Source of the DNA: a virus
Lineage: Duplodnaviria > Caudoviricetes
Virus record (IMG/VR): IMGVR_UViG_3300035454_000688
Location: 12,544-76,543 of that record
Length of the DNA stretch: 64,000 bases
Strand: one strand, 5' to 3'
Part shown: positions 62,695-64,000 of the stretch, in pieces
How positions within the stretch are numbered: position 1 is the stretch's first letter
How the letters are laid out: each line of letters begins with the position of its first letter
The notes under the pieces: model-generated
What the model was told of the DNA's origin: nothing
Database searches by the model: none
What the model saw: only the letters and a program-made list of their open reading frames with translations
Position numbers and translations under genes: made by a program

Positions 62695-63083
62695 TAAATA
62701 TTCCTTAATGCTTCTACTATCTTGGGGTCCATTGCGATGTCGCTATTGTATACTATATTGTCTCTTGATATCACACCATGTATTTTATCTGGCATTCTGT
62801 TTATCAGAACAAGAAACGGTTTGAGGAAGGTATAGTATCCTCTGAGCTTTACGAACAAAAGAACTGTTGCCTCATCCCCGAAAACGTTGTACAATACCAT
62901 TATATGGTTAAGGATGAGTCTCTCTTTGAGATCCCCAGTTATTTCGAATCTATTGAATAGTCTCTTGATATACTTGAATCGCTTCAAGTCGTCTAAGAAC
63001 TCTTCGGTATCATAACATTGAGGGTTATCATAATGCTTAGCAGCATATACCACAAAGTTATCTTCATTAACAACATCAATCAT
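62694..63083 (-). CDS. Conserved hypothetical protein of T4-like phages
   Basis: YAAKHYDNPQC..EEFLDDLKRFKYIKRL, ERLILNHI. Confidence 0.75.
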   Translation of the reverse strand: MIDVVNEDNFVVYAAKHYDNPQCYDTEEFLDDLKRFKYIKRLFNRFEITGDLKERLILNHIMVLYNVFGDEATVLLFVKLRGYYTFLKPFLVLINRMPDKIHGVISRDNIVYNSDIAMDPKIVEALRNI

Positions 63084-63084
63084 A

Positions 63085-63336
63085 TTATATAATTCTTACT
63101 TTGACGCTCCCATCAGCTACAAAGTATGGTTGGCCAAGTGCCACCCCATTAGTATTTGCTACTGAATCGTTGGCGAATGGTCCTTGGAAGATAGCCTTCC
63201 GAAGTGTGGATAATTCAGCATACTTGGTCGTGTTAGCGGAGACGTCTTCAACAATGAAGAGGTCCCCGCTAGCGATCGACGTGTTGGCCGTACCAATTGA
63301 TGTCAATTCTGTAATCTTCTTAGCACGATCAGCCAT
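63085..63336 (-). CDS. Small virion-type hypothetical protein
   Basis: KKITELT...DLFIVED..NTTK fibre-type motif. Confidence 0.55.
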   Translation of the reverse strand: MADRAKKITELTSIGTANTSIASGDLFIVEDVSANTTKYAELSTLRKAIFQGPFANDSVANTNGVALGQPYFVADGSVKVRII

Positions 63337-63346
63337 ACTTCAGTCC

Positions 63347-63985
63347 TTAGGTAGTGATTGTCAGTGTAGCGTTTGAAGATACCTTGCTGTCTGCACCAGT
63401 TGATGCAACGGTAACCTTGTACGATACGTTAGCTGTTTCAACAGCTGAGTTAACAGTCAGAGTAGCTTGTGTCGTGTTACCAACGTTTGCACCAGCCTGG
63501 ATTGAATCGCCGTTAGCGTATGACCATGCATATGTCAGAACAGCTGTTGTAGGTTGTGCTGACGCAGCTACGGTGAATGTAGCTTCTTCCGAATCGGTCG
63601 TATTAGCTGTAGCATTCGAAGGTTGAGTTGTAATAGTGATGAAGGCATCTTCATACACTGTATCTTCTGCATCTGAGCCAGTTGTGATAGAGGACATAGC
63701 AACAAGAACTTCTGTTTGCGTACGACCCAAACGTCCACCACTTCCTACTGTGCGAAGTACCCAGCCTGCATGTGCCGCGCGATCGCCCGATCCTTCAGCA
63801 CGAGCTGCTGTGACTTCGTTGATGTCAACTCCATACTGACCAATTGTTGTGCCAGTTACGAATGCATCTGCAGTTGTATTGCCAAACAATGCTGTTTGGT
63901 TGTCTGTATTAGCTGGAAGATTAACTTGCGAAGTGGCCCACAGGACCGAATTCGCTGCGTCATCTGTATTGCCCCATTGAGCCAT
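63347..63985 (-). CDS. Virion surface protein with a C-terminal Ig-like domain
   Basis: AHAGWVLRT.GSGGR.GR...EVLVAM, then ITITTQP...FTV.A...TY.W...Y.VTV. Confidence 0.7.
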   Translation of the reverse strand: MAQWGNTDDAANSVLWATSQVNLPANTDNQTALFGNTTADAFVTGTTIGQYGVDINEVTAARAEGSGDRAAHAGWVLRTVGSGGRLGRTQTEVLVAMSSITTGSDAEDTVYEDAFITITTQPSNATANTTDSEEATFTVAASAQPTTAVLTYAWSYANGDSIQAGANVGNTTQATLTVNSAVETANVSYKVTVASTGADSKVSSNATLTITT

Positions 63986-64000
63986 TTGTATTCTCCTAAA

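Noticed and set aside
1-64000. Alternative genetic code or stop-codon reassignment
   Set aside because: Standard-code ORFs tile the window at full expected lengths, and TAA, TAG and TGA all end genes.
1-64000. Avoidance of GANTC or GATC methylation/restriction sites
   Set aside because: Both motifs occur frequently by eye. A formal k-mer count would be needed to detect subtler biases.

Overview
64 kb of a T4-superfamily myophage genome (cyanophage/pelagiphage-like gene style). The host is most likely an alphaproteobacterium, inferred from a circularly permuted alpha-type two-piece tmRNA. Layout: (1) 1-29.9 kb, minus-strand tail fibre and baseplate genes (two collagen-like fibres, Asn/Thr-rich fibres, DUF4815/VrlC-like proteins, gp8, gp7, gp6, gp25, gp5, hub, gp53, gp48), interrupted at 0.9-4.2 kb by a plus-strand glycosyltransferase/methyltransferase pair. 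(2) 30-36.7 kb, plus-strand gp4, gp2, gp54, gp26/gp51 and two tape-measure-like genes, the second carrying GH19 and M15 peptidoglycan hydrolase domains. (3) 36.7-60.6 kb, minus-strand replication, nucleotide metabolism and accessory genes (gp32, gp33, SleB-like hydrolase, tmRNA, DNA ligase, SNase, nucleotidyltransferase, PhoH, RNase H, GT4, glutaredoxin, AdoMetDC, GIY-YIG nuclease, NrdAB, ThyX, primase). (4) 60.6-64 kb, holin-like and embedded spanin genes plus virion proteins. The strongest signals not shown by the ORF track are: a canonical-looking -1 frameshift cassette (T TTT TTT, 7-nt spacer, long stem-loop) that would fuse gp26 to a gp51 frame with no ATG at its conserved start; the two-piece tmRNA with a long hairpin intervening segment; a roughly 255-nt structured leader before the SleB-like gene; and a possible fibre-glycosylation module. 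All family calls are by motif recognition only. No database searches or folding programs were run. Several starts were shortened from the ORF track using RBS and promoter context.
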